Below are positions 19,420-28,371 of a stretch of DNA of 64,000 nt, piece after piece. The notes beneath the pieces were generated by a model, which searched no databases, was not told the origin of the DNA, and saw only the letters and a list, made by a program, of their open reading frames with translations. Each line of letters opens with the position of its first letter. The first letter of the stretch is position 1. The translations under genes were made by a program, and so were the position numbers. Source of the DNA: Bacteroidota bacterium (GTDB lineage: Bacteria; Bacteroidota; Bacteroidia; B-17B0; Aurantibacillaceae); NCBI GenBank assembly GCA_046302135.1, contig JBKCIQ010000091.1, positions 92 through 64,091 on the forward strand, in the 5' to 3' direction.

Positions 19420-20268
19420 TTATTTATTAGTTTTTTTTAGTTTTTGAATGTATTCCTGAATCGTTGATTTGGCCATTGGATCATTGGTTGCCACAACAAA
19501 CTTCTCAAGTTCATTAATACACTCTTTTGTTTTTCCACTTTGTTCATACGCGTCAGCCAAATGTAAATGAACCTCAATATAACCCGGATCCAGTTCTAGT
19601 GCTTTTTTGAATCTTCTGATTGCCTTATCCCACTGTTGAGACTTTGCACTAAAAAAACCAAAGCTAAGCTGAAGCCTAATGTTATTGCTGTCTGTCCTCT
19701 CGATTTCTTTCAGAAGAGTGATTCCCTTCATTGGGTTATCACTGCCTTCAACTAAACAAGAAGCAAGGTCAATTTTTGCATTAATATCATTTGGCTCCAC
19801 CTTCAAAACTTTTTCAAAACAATAGGTTGCGGCCGTATAATAGTCTTTCTGCCTTTGCTGCTCACGAATGAACTTTACCGCATAATAACATCGTTGACCG
19901 GCATAAGACCATGCCTTAGAGTTGTTTTCAGATTCTGCTTTTTTAAGCGAAACAACAGCCGCTACATCTGGTCGGTTTTGTTCATCCCAAAAAAGGATTG
20001 AGGAGTCTTGCCATTTTAACCTCTCGTTCCGAGGCAAATTAACTGTGTTTTTTTTTATTGAATCCCATTTTTCTTTTAGCTTTCCGCTTAATTGTCTTTC
20101 TGCTTCAAGCAGCGAGGTGAAAATTTTTTCTTTTTGGGTTGAATTTTCAACAACGATTTTTTTTCTCGGTGGAATTCTATTTGCATTAAATAAAAGAACG
20201 CTAACTACAACACACGCTATAGGCAGAATAATAAAAAAAAGTTTACTCTTCCTATTTGTTAAACTCAA
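19420..20268 (-). CDS. tetratricopeptide repeat protein with N-terminal membrane anchor
   Basis: TM segment LFFIILPIACVVVSVLLF followed by TPR-like repeats (AIRRFKKALELDPGYIEVHLHLADAYEQSGK). Confidence 0.75.
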   Translation of the reverse strand: MSLTNRKSKLFFIILPIACVVVSVLLFNANRIPPRKKIVVENSTQKEKIFTSLLEAERQLSGKLKEKWDSIKKNTVNLPRNERLKWQDSSILFWDEQNRPDVAAVVSLKKAESENNSKAWSYAGQRCYYAVKFIREQQRQKDYYTAATYCFEKVLKVEPNDINAKIDLASCLVEGSDNPMKGITLLKEIERTDSNNIRLQLSFGFFSAKSQQWDKAIRRFKKALELDPGYIEVHLHLADAYEQSGKTKECINELEKFVVATNDPMAKSTIQEYIQKLKKTNK

Positions 20269-20276
20269 TTTACTGA

Positions 20277-20594
20277 TTAATCTATTTGGTTTTTATCCGG
20301 CTCCTCTGCAACCTTAACGTTCTTCTTAACTTTTTCCGCAAATGTTTTTGCGGGTTTAAAGGCTGGAATAAAGTGTTCTGGGATAATTATTGTCTCGTTT
20401 TTGGAAATGTTTCTTCCGGTCTTTTCAGCCCTTTTTTTCACCAGAAAAGTTCCAAACCCCCTCAGGTAAATATTTCTTCCTTCTGACATGTGGGTTTTTA
20501 CAACCTTCATGAAAGATTCCACTGTTGCTTGTACTGCAAGTTTTTCTACGCCGGTTTTTTCTGAAATTTCATTTATAATTTCTGCCTTAGTCAT
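20277..20594 (-). CDS. HU/IHF family DNA-binding protein
   Basis: Starts MTKAEIINEISEKTG and has the arm region RGFGTF.VKKRAEKTGRNISKNETIIIPEH.IPAFKP, which is a classic HU fold signature. Confidence 0.9.
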   Translation of the reverse strand: MTKAEIINEISEKTGVEKLAVQATVESFMKVVKTHMSEGRNIYLRGFGTFLVKKRAEKTGRNISKNETIIIPEHFIPAFKPAKTFAEKVKKNVKVAEEPDKNQID

Positions 20595-20632
20595 AATATA
20601 ATATATTTATAATCAGTATTTTGTTTGGTCGG

Positions 20633-20640
20633 CAAAGATA
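20633..20640 (-). promoter_or_regulatory. -7 promoter element TAtcTTTG upstream of HU gene
   Basis: The minus strand reads TATCTTTG, about 39 nt upstream of the HU ATG at 20594. Confidence 0.3.
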
Positions 20641-20727
20641 AATATTTTAATGCAGAACCAAAAAAATAATTTTTTATTTACTTTTTTTCGTTTACTAATA
20701 AGAAGGAAACATAATTTAGGCCTAAAA

Positions 20728-21789
20728 ATGATGTGGTTTTCAGAAAAAATAACTGATTGGTACAGAAAGAACGCTAGAAGCCTTCCTTGGAGGGAAACCA
20801 AAGACCCTTATAAAATATGGCTAAGCGAAGTTATTCTTCAGCAAACAAGAGTAGAGCAGGGCTTGCCTTATTACAATGTTTTTCTTAAGGAATTTCCTTC
20901 TGTCAACCACCTATCCCGAGCAAGCGAAACAAAAGTTTTAAAACTCTGGCAGGGCCTTGGATATTATTCAAGGGCCAGAAACCTTCATTTTACTGCAAAA
21001 ACAATAGTTTCCGAATACGGCCCAAAAGGTTTTCCATCAAGCTATAACGAATTAATACAGCTTAAAGGCATTGGCAACTACACCGCGTCTGCGATATCGT
21101 CTTTTGCTTTTGGAGAGGTAAGGGCCGTGGTTGATGGTAATGTTTATAGAGTTTTATCAAGAGTTTTTGGAATAAAAGAACCGATAGATACCACCAAGGG
21201 AAAAAATGTTTTTTTAGAGCTTGCCGGTGAGTTGATTTCTAAAAAAAATCCCGGCGAATACAATCAGGCTGTTATGGAATTTGGCGCATTGGTATGTGTT
21301 CCAAAAAAACCAGGGTGCGGCACTTGTATCTTTAATGGTGCGTGCTCGGCCATAAAAAATAAAACTACAGATAAGCTTCCTGTAAAGTCAAAAAAAACAC
21401 TTAAGAGAAAAAGACTACTTTATTATTTCGATGTAATTGTTGGGAATAAAAGGTTAATTAAAAAACGTGACGAGCCTAAAGATATTTGGTTTGGGCTTTA
21501 CGATTTTCCTCTTTTTGAATCTAAATTATTTATTAAAGACAACGACCTGATTATTGAAAAATTCACAAAGGAGATTGCAAAAGAAAGTACCAAAAACATT
21601 TCTGTGGGATCGATAAAATACTTCAAACATATATTAACTCACCAAGAACTACACGCATATTTTACAACTATTAAACTTAAGGAAGTTCCGGTGGTGTTGA
21701 AAAAAAATTTTATTCTTGTTCCAATAAAAAAACATCTTAATTACCCTATTCCAAAACTTTTTGAAAAGTATTTAAATAGTCAGTCCTAG
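20728..21789 (+). CDS. mutY: A/G-specific adenine DNA glycosylase
   Basis: Contains WYRKNARSLPWR...PYKIWLSEVILQQTRV, the HhH segment LKGIGNYTASAI, the 4Fe-4S Cys cluster CVPKKPGCGTCIFNGAC and a NUDIX-like C-terminus. ATG 20728 is preferred over the listed 20650 extension. Confidence 0.9.
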   Translation: MMWFSEKITDWYRKNARSLPWRETKDPYKIWLSEVILQQTRVEQGLPYYNVFLKEFPSVNHLSRASETKVLKLWQGLGYYSRARNLHFTAKTIVSEYGPKGFPSSYNELIQLKGIGNYTASAISSFAFGEVRAVVDGNVYRVLSRVFGIKEPIDTTKGKNVFLELAGELISKKNPGEYNQAVMEFGALVCVPKKPGCGTCIFNGACSAIKNKTTDKLPVKSKKTLKRKRLLYYFDVIVGNKRLIKKRDEPKDIWFGLYDFPLFESKLFIKDNDLIIEKFTKEIAKESTKNISVGSIKYFKHILTHQELHAYFTTIKLKEVPVVLKKNFILVPIKKHLNYPIPKLFEKYLNSQS

Positions 21790-21807
21790 TTTCTTTCAAT
21801 ATTTTAA

Positions 21808-21815
21808 TACATTTG
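21808..21815 (+). promoter_or_regulatory. -7 promoter element TAcaTTTG upstream of type B T9SS cargo
   Basis: TACATTTG lies 15-21 nt upstream of the TTG (21830) and ATG (21836) starts. Confidence 0.3.
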
Positions 21816-21829
21816 TTTTTATTGAGTAT

Positions 21830-24175
21830 TTGAATATGCGGTTTTTGAATTTTTTGATTGCAGTATTTTTTTTCACTTTAAATCCTCAACAATTTTTTTC
21901 GATAAATAAATCTGTTTGTGATTCTGCTTATGCGGGTCAAAACCAACAAGCTTGTTCAGACTCCGTATTATTAAAAGGAAACGTTCCTGTTAGCGGCACC
22001 GGTTTTTGGAGTTGTACTACTCCCGGGGTTTTAATTTTTAATCCGGGCTCAGACTCTACGCTAGTTACCGGGCTTTCCGTTGGACAAAATGTTTTTGTTT
22101 GGACGATAACCGGGTCGGGTGGGTGTCCTACCGTTTCTGACACTGTAATTTATTTTGTTGACTCGATTCCAACCAAACCAAGCGCTGGTTTTGATCAACA
22201 GTTTTGTGGAAATAGCACAACACTAACAGGAAACCAGCCCTTGGTTGGTACAGGTTTGTGGGTTGTTTTTTCCGGAAGTGGAACGTTTTCAAATCCGAAC
22301 TCAACAAATACATCTCTTTCAAACCTTGGGCCGGGTCAAAACACTATTAGGTGGACCATTTCGGCAGGGTCATGCGTTAGGTATGATGAGGTTGTAATTA
22401 CTGCAGACAGTCCGCCCTCGGTATCCGTGGCCGGTCCTGATCAAATAATTTGCGATACCTTTTTTCTAATGGCCGCCAACAATCCAGCAACTGGGTCTGG
22501 ACTATGGAGCCTAATACAGGGTGTCGGAAAAATATTTAAACCAAACTTTTCAAACACAAGTGTTGACAGTACTTTTTATGGGGATACTTTGGTTTTCGTT
22601 TGGACAGTTTCAAGCGGTGTGTGTCAGCCAAGCAGCGATACTGTAAGTGTTATCATAAATATTCCCCCATCACCCGCTTCTGCAGGAAATGATCAGATTA
22701 TTTGTTCTCAAAACACCGTCCTTTCTGCGGGTGCTGTTCAGGTCGGAACAGGGGTTTGGAATCAAATAAGTGGGAGCTCCGTAATAGCAGATACACTTTC
22801 TCCTTCTTCTGCAGTAAGTTCCGTTTCCCCCGGTAGCAATATTTTTACTTGGATAATTACCAATGGTGTTTGTCGTGAAAATGCAGACACTGTAATTATA
22901 AACAATCAGGAAAACGACACCGCATACGCCGGACAAGATCAAAACCTGTGTGCATTAAGTTCTGTTTTAAGCGCTGACTCCATAGATTACGGCACGGGAA
23001 CATGGTCTTTGGTTTCAGGCGCCGGAAGTATTCTTCAGCCTAACTCTAATCAATCTATTGTTTCTAATCTTAATGTTGGACAAAACATGTTTTTATGGGT
23101 TGTTTCGAACGGGGTTTGCCCTTCAAAAAAAGATACTGTAATTATAACTGTTTTTGCTCCGCCAGCTCCCGCTTTTGCCGGCCAGGACGAGGTAGTGTGC
23201 GGTAATTCTGTTCTCCTGTCCGGTAGCGGCGTTGTAAATGGTGTCGGTACTTGGTCATTATTGACTGGTTCTGGTTTATTTTCACAACCAAACTCCGCAA
23301 ACACCCTTGTGACAGGCCTAAGTCCGGGTCAGAATGTTTTTGCCTGGACAATTGTTAATGGTGTTTGCCCTCCATCTTCAGATACTATTTCTGTAGTAAG
23401 TCTCTTTGGTTCACAAAACGCATTCGCAGGTAGTGACACCACAATATGCTCTGATTCTATTCAGTTATTTGCAAACGCTCCACTTGCAGGAACGGGCGCT
23501 TGGACTATTTTTAATCAAGGCCCACTGCTTAGTTCTACCTCTGTCTTGAGTCCTGTCGCAAGTAATCTTGTTGTCGGACAAAATGTTTTTATCTGGACTG
23601 TATCAAACGCTGGAAACTGTCCTAGTTTTTCTGACTCTGTAATAGTTACAAGAGACGAAAAACCGACGGTAGCCAACGCGGGGCAAGATATAAATACAGG
23701 GGATGTAGAAATAACTTTATCGGCAAATCAGCCATTAATTGGGGCGGGGATTTGGAGTTTAAATGGCGCATCATCAGGTAATATTTTGTCTTTAACAACA
23801 CCCAACTCGATTTTTTCTGTATCCCAATCGGGTGAATATTCTTTGGTGTGGACCATCAGTAATGGTGTGTGCCCATCCTCTTCAGACACCATTAACATCA
23901 GTGTTAGATTTGAGCAAATACCCGAAGTTATTACTCCTAACAACGATGGAAAAAACGATGTGTTTAAAATAAACCCTTTGCTTTTCAGCGATAACGTTGA
24001 TTTATATATTTATAATCGTTGGGGGAACTTAGTTTATGAAAGCAAAGATTATCAACATGATTTTTCGGGAAAAAGTAATTCTGGCGCCGATCTGGCAGAC
24101 GACAGCTATTTTTACGAAGTCTATTTAAACGGTTTAATTAAATTTAAAGGATACCTTCTTATAAAAAGGAAATGA
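21830..24175 (+). CDS. repeat-rich secreted protein with gliding-motility-type (T9SS type B) C-terminal domain
   Basis: It has a signal peptide and eight units of about 83 aa. The C-terminus IPEVITPNNDGKNDVFKI...YIYNRWGNLVYES...YFYEV is typical of type B CTDs. The start may be ATG 21836. Confidence 0.9.
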   Translation: MNMRFLNFLIAVFFFTLNPQQFFSINKSVCDSAYAGQNQQACSDSVLLKGNVPVSGTGFWSCTTPGVLIFNPGSDSTLVTGLSVGQNVFVWTITGSGGCPTVSDTVIYFVDSIPTKPSAGFDQQFCGNSTTLTGNQPLVGTGLWVVFSGSGTFSNPNSTNTSLSNLGPGQNTIRWTISAGSCVRYDEVVITADSPPSVSVAGPDQIICDTFFLMAANNPATGSGLWSLIQGVGKIFKPNFSNTSVDSTFYGDTLVFVWTVSSGVCQPSSDTVSVIINIPPSPASAGNDQIICSQNTVLSAGAVQVGTGVWNQISGSSVIADTLSPSSAVSSVSPGSNIFTWIITNGVCRENADTVIINNQENDTAYAGQDQNLCALSSVLSADSIDYGTGTWSLVSGAGSILQPNSNQSIVSNLNVGQNMFLWVVSNGVCPSKKDTVIITVFAPPAPAFAGQDEVVCGNSVLLSGSGVVNGVGTWSLLTGSGLFSQPNSANTLVTGLSPGQNVFAWTIVNGVCPPSSDTISVVSLFGSQNAFAGSDTTICSDSIQLFANAPLAGTGAWTIFNQGPLLSSTSVLSPVASNLVVGQNVFIWTVSNAGNCPSFSDSVIVTRDEKPTVANAGQDINTGDVEITLSANQPLIGAGIWSLNGASSGNILSLTTPNSIFSVSQSGEYSLVWTISNGVCPSSSDTINISVRFEQIPEVITPNNDGKNDVFKINPLLFSDNVDLYIYNRWGNLVYESKDYQHDFSGKSNSGADLADDSYFYEVYLNGLIKFKGYLLIKRK
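21929..23900 (+). repeat. eight diverged tandem repeats of about 83 aa (about 250 bp) within the CDS
   Basis: Each unit follows the pattern AG.DQ..C....L.A....G.G.W......G....P.S....V..L..G.N.F.W.....G.CP...DTV.I, with two conserved Cys. Coordinates are approximate. Confidence 0.75.
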
Positions 24176-25083
24176 AGAAATATAATCTTATAACCTGTTT
24201 GTTGCTTTTTCCTTTTGTAAGTCTATTTTCACAACACTATTCGCTTTACAGCCAATATATGTTTAACGGCCTGGTAATTAATCCTGCTTATGCCGGTTCC
24301 AGTGGTGCTATTGATGTTACAGCATCGCACAGAAGGCAGTGGTCGGGGCTTTCCGGTTCTCCAACAACATCTGCTATAACTTTACATTCGCCCGTAAAAG
24401 GAGAGAAGGTTTGTCTGGGTCTTTCAATATCAGACGATAGATTTGGCGCAACAATGCATCAAAATGTTAATGCCGTTTATTCATACAAATTAAAAATAGG
24501 AGAAACTTCAAGCCTAAGCCTTGGAGTTCAGGGCGGCTTAGAATTTGCAAGAGCCAATTGGGATAAACTAATTAGAAATGATGCAGACGATGATTTGCTT
24601 TTGTCGTCTAATCCTGGGTCAATGAATTTTACTAGCGGAGCCGGTATATATTTTCAAAGCAAAAAAATTGTTGGCGGAATAAGTTCTCCGTACATTTTAA
24701 ATACTTCTTCCGGGAGATCATTTTTAGCGGGTCCTGTCTTATTATACGGCGGATACAATTTTTTCTTGAAAGATTCCAGCTCAATTAGACCATCTATTTT
24801 ATTTAGGGGCATAAAGGGTTCGCCCGCCCAAATAGATATAAATGTGATGTGCCTATGGAAACAAAAATACGGGATTGGTGTTTCCTACAGAAATAAAGAG
24901 TCTTTTGTTGCAATGTTTGAGTTAAACTTTAAAAAACAATTTCGTTTGTGTTATAGTTATGATTATGGTATTGGTCCAATTAAATTACTCCATAGCGGAT
25001 CTCATGAGGTCACATTCCGCTACCTTATTTCAAAAAACAAACCTGAAATAAAAGAAGATAAAGGACAGGAGGAAAAAAAGTAA
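24172..25083 (+). CDS. PorP/SprF family type IX secretion system membrane protein
   Basis: The N-terminus QHYSLYSQYMFNGLVINPAYAGS is the family signature. It is ATGA-coupled to the preceding type B CTD cargo, which is the canonical pairing. Confidence 0.85.
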   Translation: MKKYNLITCLLLFPFVSLFSQHYSLYSQYMFNGLVINPAYAGSSGAIDVTASHRRQWSGLSGSPTTSAITLHSPVKGEKVCLGLSISDDRFGATMHQNVNAVYSYKLKIGETSSLSLGVQGGLEFARANWDKLIRNDADDDLLLSSNPGSMNFTSGAGIYFQSKKIVGGISSPYILNTSSGRSFLAGPVLLYGGYNFFLKDSSSIRPSILFRGIKGSPAQIDINVMCLWKQKYGIGVSYRNKESFVAMFELNFKKQFRLCYSYDYGIGPIKLLHSGSHEVTFRYLISKNKPEIKEDKGQEEKK

Positions 25084-25090
25084 AACAACT

Positions 25091-25903
25091 TTATTCCATT
25101 ACATTTTTCCATAAATAATTTAACTCTTTATAGTAGTTTTTCAGGTCTTGGTTTTTACTTATAATTTTATCGATTTCTACTTGGCCTTCTCCTTTGTTAC
25201 CGAATAAATATACTCGAGTAGCGTTACTTAAAAATATTTTTTTTCCTTCAATTGAAAAAATTACCAATTCCCTATCTGACATATTATAAAATGTTTTTCC
25301 GTTTGGATAAAAACCACAATCACTTATTATTACGGCTTCTTTATTGTATTCTATTTTACCTCTATACTTTTCATTTAATCCATTAAAGCAATAAATTATT
25401 TTTTTTGATGAATCTAACAGATAATTGTGGTAGAAAAAAAAGTGATTATTTTCTTCTTCTCTTACAAATTCAGGTCTTTTTGGATGATAATCCATTTCAC
25501 TGATTGAAGAATAAATCTTATCCAATTCTTCTTTTTTAATTATTTGTCCTTTCTTCCATGAGAATTTTTTTTCAGCGTCAAGGGACCATTTAATATTTTC
25601 CCCGGCAATAAAAACTAAAGACTTAAACTTATCACCAAAAGATTTTTTTAAAAAATAATAAATTGAATCTTCGTGGGATTTATGATAATGCTTTGTTTCT
25701 GAAGACAGAAAAACTATTCTTTTTAGATTGCCATCTTTGTCTAAAAAATAATCAGTTTTTTTTTCTGTTTCAATATGTGTAAATAAGTGATGACTAAGTA
25801 ACGTGTCATAGACGTTTATCTTCTGAGAGAAAAAAATACAGAATGAAAAAATAAAATAAAGTAGTAAAAAAATCTTTCTTAAAAAAAATTTGTTTTTATT
25901 CAT
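25091..25903 (-). CDS. hypothetical membrane-anchored/secreted protein
   Basis: 270-aa ORF with hydrophobic N-terminus IFLLLYFIFSFCIFFSQ. It overlaps the gmk start by 8 nt, suggesting an operon with rpiB-gmk. Confidence 0.6.
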   Translation of the reverse strand: MNKNKFFLRKIFLLLYFIFSFCIFFSQKINVYDTLLSHHLFTHIETEKKTDYFLDKDGNLKRIVFLSSETKHYHKSHEDSIYYFLKKSFGDKFKSLVFIAGENIKWSLDAEKKFSWKKGQIIKKEELDKIYSSISEMDYHPKRPEFVREEENNHFFFYHNYLLDSSKKIIYCFNGLNEKYRGKIEYNKEAVIISDCGFYPNGKTFYNMSDRELVIFSIEGKKIFLSNATRVYLFGNKGEGQVEIDKIISKNQDLKNYYKELNYLWKNVME

Positions 25904-26471
25904 CTTTTAAAAAATCTAAAACTATATCATTAGCCTGATTAAGTGCCATTTCAAGATTTTCGTTTATAATAAACTTATCGAACAATCTAGCTGTTTTTAA
26001 TTCTTTTTCGGCTTTTTCAATTCTTCTTGCGACACTTTCCGGAGAGTCTGTTTTTCTTGATTTTAGTCTTTCCTCTAAAATTTTTATTGATGGTGGCATA
26101 ACAAATATAGCAATGGATGTTTTGGGAAATTGATGTTTCATATTAAGGCCCCCCTCTACATCTATATCAAATAAAACACTTTTTCCTGATTGCCATATTC
26201 TGTTTGCTTCACTTTTAAGAGTTCCGTAATACCTACCTGAGTAAACTTCTTCCCATTCAAGAAAAGCATCCTCATTAATTTTCTGCTTGAATTCTTCCAT
26301 CGATAGGTAATAATAGTCTTTTCCGTTTTTTTCTACTCCGCGTTTTTCTCTTGTAGTGGCAGAAATTGAAAACCCTAGTTTATCAGGATACAGATTTAAT
26401 AGGTGCTGAACAATAGTGGTTTTACCGCTTCCACTAGGCCCGGAAAAAATTATAAGTTTTTTTTGATGCAT
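25896..26471 (-). CDS. gmk: guanylate kinase
   Basis: P-loop GPSGSGKTT, then ISATTR..R..E..G.DYYF-like segment (SISATTREKRGVEKNGKDYYYL). Confidence 0.93.
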   Translation of the reverse strand: MHQKKLIIFSGPSGSGKTTIVQHLLNLYPDKLGFSISATTREKRGVEKNGKDYYYLSMEEFKQKINEDAFLEWEEVYSGRYYGTLKSEANRIWQSGKSVLFDIDVEGGLNMKHQFPKTSIAIFVMPPSIKILEERLKSRKTDSPESVARRIEKAEKELKTARLFDKFIINENLEMALNQANDIVLDFLKDE

Positions 26472-26491
26472 TTACTTATTTAAATATGATG

Positions 26492-26920
26492 TTAAACATC
26501 TATTTTTTTTATTCTTTCCGCATGCCTGCCACCTTCAAACGCTGTTTTTAAAAAACATTCAATACATAAAAGTGCTTCTTGATCGCTTATATACCTTGCG
26601 GGTAAAGCAATTATATTAGCATCGTTATGTTGCCTTGATAATGTAGCTATTTCATTATTCCAACATAAGGCGCTTCGTATTCCTGCATGTTTATTCACAG
26701 TCATATTTATTCCATTGCCGCTACCACAAATAACAATGCCGAAAATTGCTTCCTTACTTAATACATCATTTGCAACCTGATGGCCATAATCAGGATAATC
26801 TGCTCTTTCCTCAGAAAAACATCCTCTGTCAATAACAATATTTCCACTTTTGGTAAGATAATTAAGAATAATTTTCTTCAATTGATATCCAGCGTGATCA
26901 GATCCTAAAGAAATTTTCAT
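26492..26920 (-). CDS. rpiB: ribose 5-phosphate isomerase B
   Basis: Starts MKISLGSDHAGYQLK and contains GIVICGSGNGINMTVNKHAGIRSALC, typical of RpiB/LacAB. Confidence 0.92.
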   Translation of the reverse strand: MKISLGSDHAGYQLKKIILNYLTKSGNIVIDRGCFSEERADYPDYGHQVANDVLSKEAIFGIVICGSGNGINMTVNKHAGIRSALCWNNEIATLSRQHNDANIIALPARYISDQEALLCIECFLKTAFEGGRHAERIKKIDV

Positions 26921-27408
26921 TTTTTTTGGTTTTTCAAAAATACATTTTATTCACAGTGAAAATTAAAAAAAACCTTGAAACTTTTGTACTTGATTTATAA
27001 TGTTTTACAAAGTAACATATCATTATAAGCTTTTTAATTTTCTGTTAATTAATGCTTGTAATTTTTAATATCAATTTAATTGTAGCTATATTTTTTCTTC
27101 GTATAGAAAAATATTTCTTTCTAAATCTTATTTTTAGAAAAGCTTAGTAAAAATTATCTAATTCATTATTAACTTTTTTTTCCTGTTAATTAAATAAAGT
27201 TATCAGTATATTAACTATTTTAACGGTATGTTTATATTCTTTTATAATTACTAATAATCAGAATATTATGAAACAAAACCATGTTATTTTATTGTTGATA
27301 TCCTGATATTTTTAAAAAATATTGTTCATACAAAATATTTTACTAACCAAATTAACACCCTATATATAAAAGAATAATTTACTTAAAAGAAATATATATT
27401 ATTTATAT

Positions 27409-28371
27409 ATGAATTTTAAAATTATTTACAGAAACAGCTTAGCCAATTATCAAATGGATATTTTTAACGAAATTAGCAAACTTAAACGGGACAAGAACGC
27501 AGTTATTCTAGCTCACTTTTACCAAGATTCCGACATACAGGATATTGCAGATTTTGTGGGTGACAGTTTGGCCCTTGCTCAGGCCGCACAGAAAACAAGT
27601 GCAGACATCATTCTTTTTGCAGGGGTGCACTTTATGGCAGAAACAGCAAAAATATTAAATCCTAGAAAAAAAGTATTGGTACCTGATCTAAATGCTGGTT
27701 GTTCACTTGCAGATTCATGTCCGCCAAGTGAATTTGTAAATTTTAAAAATAAAAAACCTGACCATAAAGTTATTTCATACATTAATTGTACCGCTGAAAT
27801 TAAAGCATTATCCGATGTAATATGCACTTCATCAAATGCATTAAAAATAGTTGAGAGTTTTTCTAAAGAGCAGAATCTAATATTTGCTCCGGATAAAAAT
27901 TTAGGTGCGTATATTAATAAAAAGTCAGGAAGAAGAATGTTGTTATGGAACGGTAGTTGCATGGTTCATGAGATTTTTTCATTAGAAAAAATATCAAAAC
28001 TAAAAAATGAAAATCCAAATGCTTTAATAATTGCTCACCCCGAATGCGAAGAACATGTTTTAGATAAAGCAGATTTTATTGGTTCTACAACAGCTCTTCT
28101 AAATTTTACCAAAACATCATCAGCAAATGAATTTATTGTGGTTACAGAAAATGGAATATTACATGCTATGCAAAAAAATTCACCCGGTAAAAAATTTATT
28201 GCTGCGCCACCGGAAAATAGTTGTGCATGTAATGATTGTCCACATATGAAATTAAACACTATTGATAAAATATATTTAGCATTGAAAAACGAATTTCCTG
28301 AAATTAGTATGAAGGAAGAGTTAATAAGAAAAGCAGAGGAACCATTATTACGTATGTTGGAATTATCATGA
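27409..28371 (+). CDS. nadA: quinolinate synthase
   Basis: Contains NAVILAHFYQ, DIADFVGDSL and VHFMAETAKILNP, together with Cys ligand contexts. An alternative start is ATG 27454. Confidence 0.9.
   Translation: MNFKIIYRNSLANYQMDIFNEISKLKRDKNAVILAHFYQDSDIQDIADFVGDSLALAQAAQKTSADIILFAGVHFMAETAKILNPRKKVLVPDLNAGCSLADSCPPSEFVNFKNKKPDHKVISYINCTAEIKALSDVICTSSNALKIVESFSKEQNLIFAPDKNLGAYINKKSGRRMLLWNGSCMVHEIFSLEKISKLKNENPNALIIAHPECEEHVLDKADFIGSTTALLNFTKTSSANEFIVVTENGILHAMQKNSPGKKFIAAPPENSCACNDCPHMKLNTIDKIYLALKNEFPEISMKEELIRKAEEPLLRMLELS

Noticed and set aside
20650-20727. N-terminal extension of mutY in the ORF track (MQNQKNNFLFTFF...)
   Set aside because: The extension overlaps the HU promoter region and is hydrophobic and basic junk. 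Conserved MutY sequence begins right after ATG 20728.
26947-26955. TTATTCACA DnaA-box-like 9-mer in the long AT-rich spacer, with mnmG (gidA) 12 kb away, as a possible oriC
   Set aside because: Only a single relaxed box was found. There is no cluster of boxes in both orientations, no dnaA or dnaN nearby, and mnmG linkage to oriC is not reliable in Bacteroidota.
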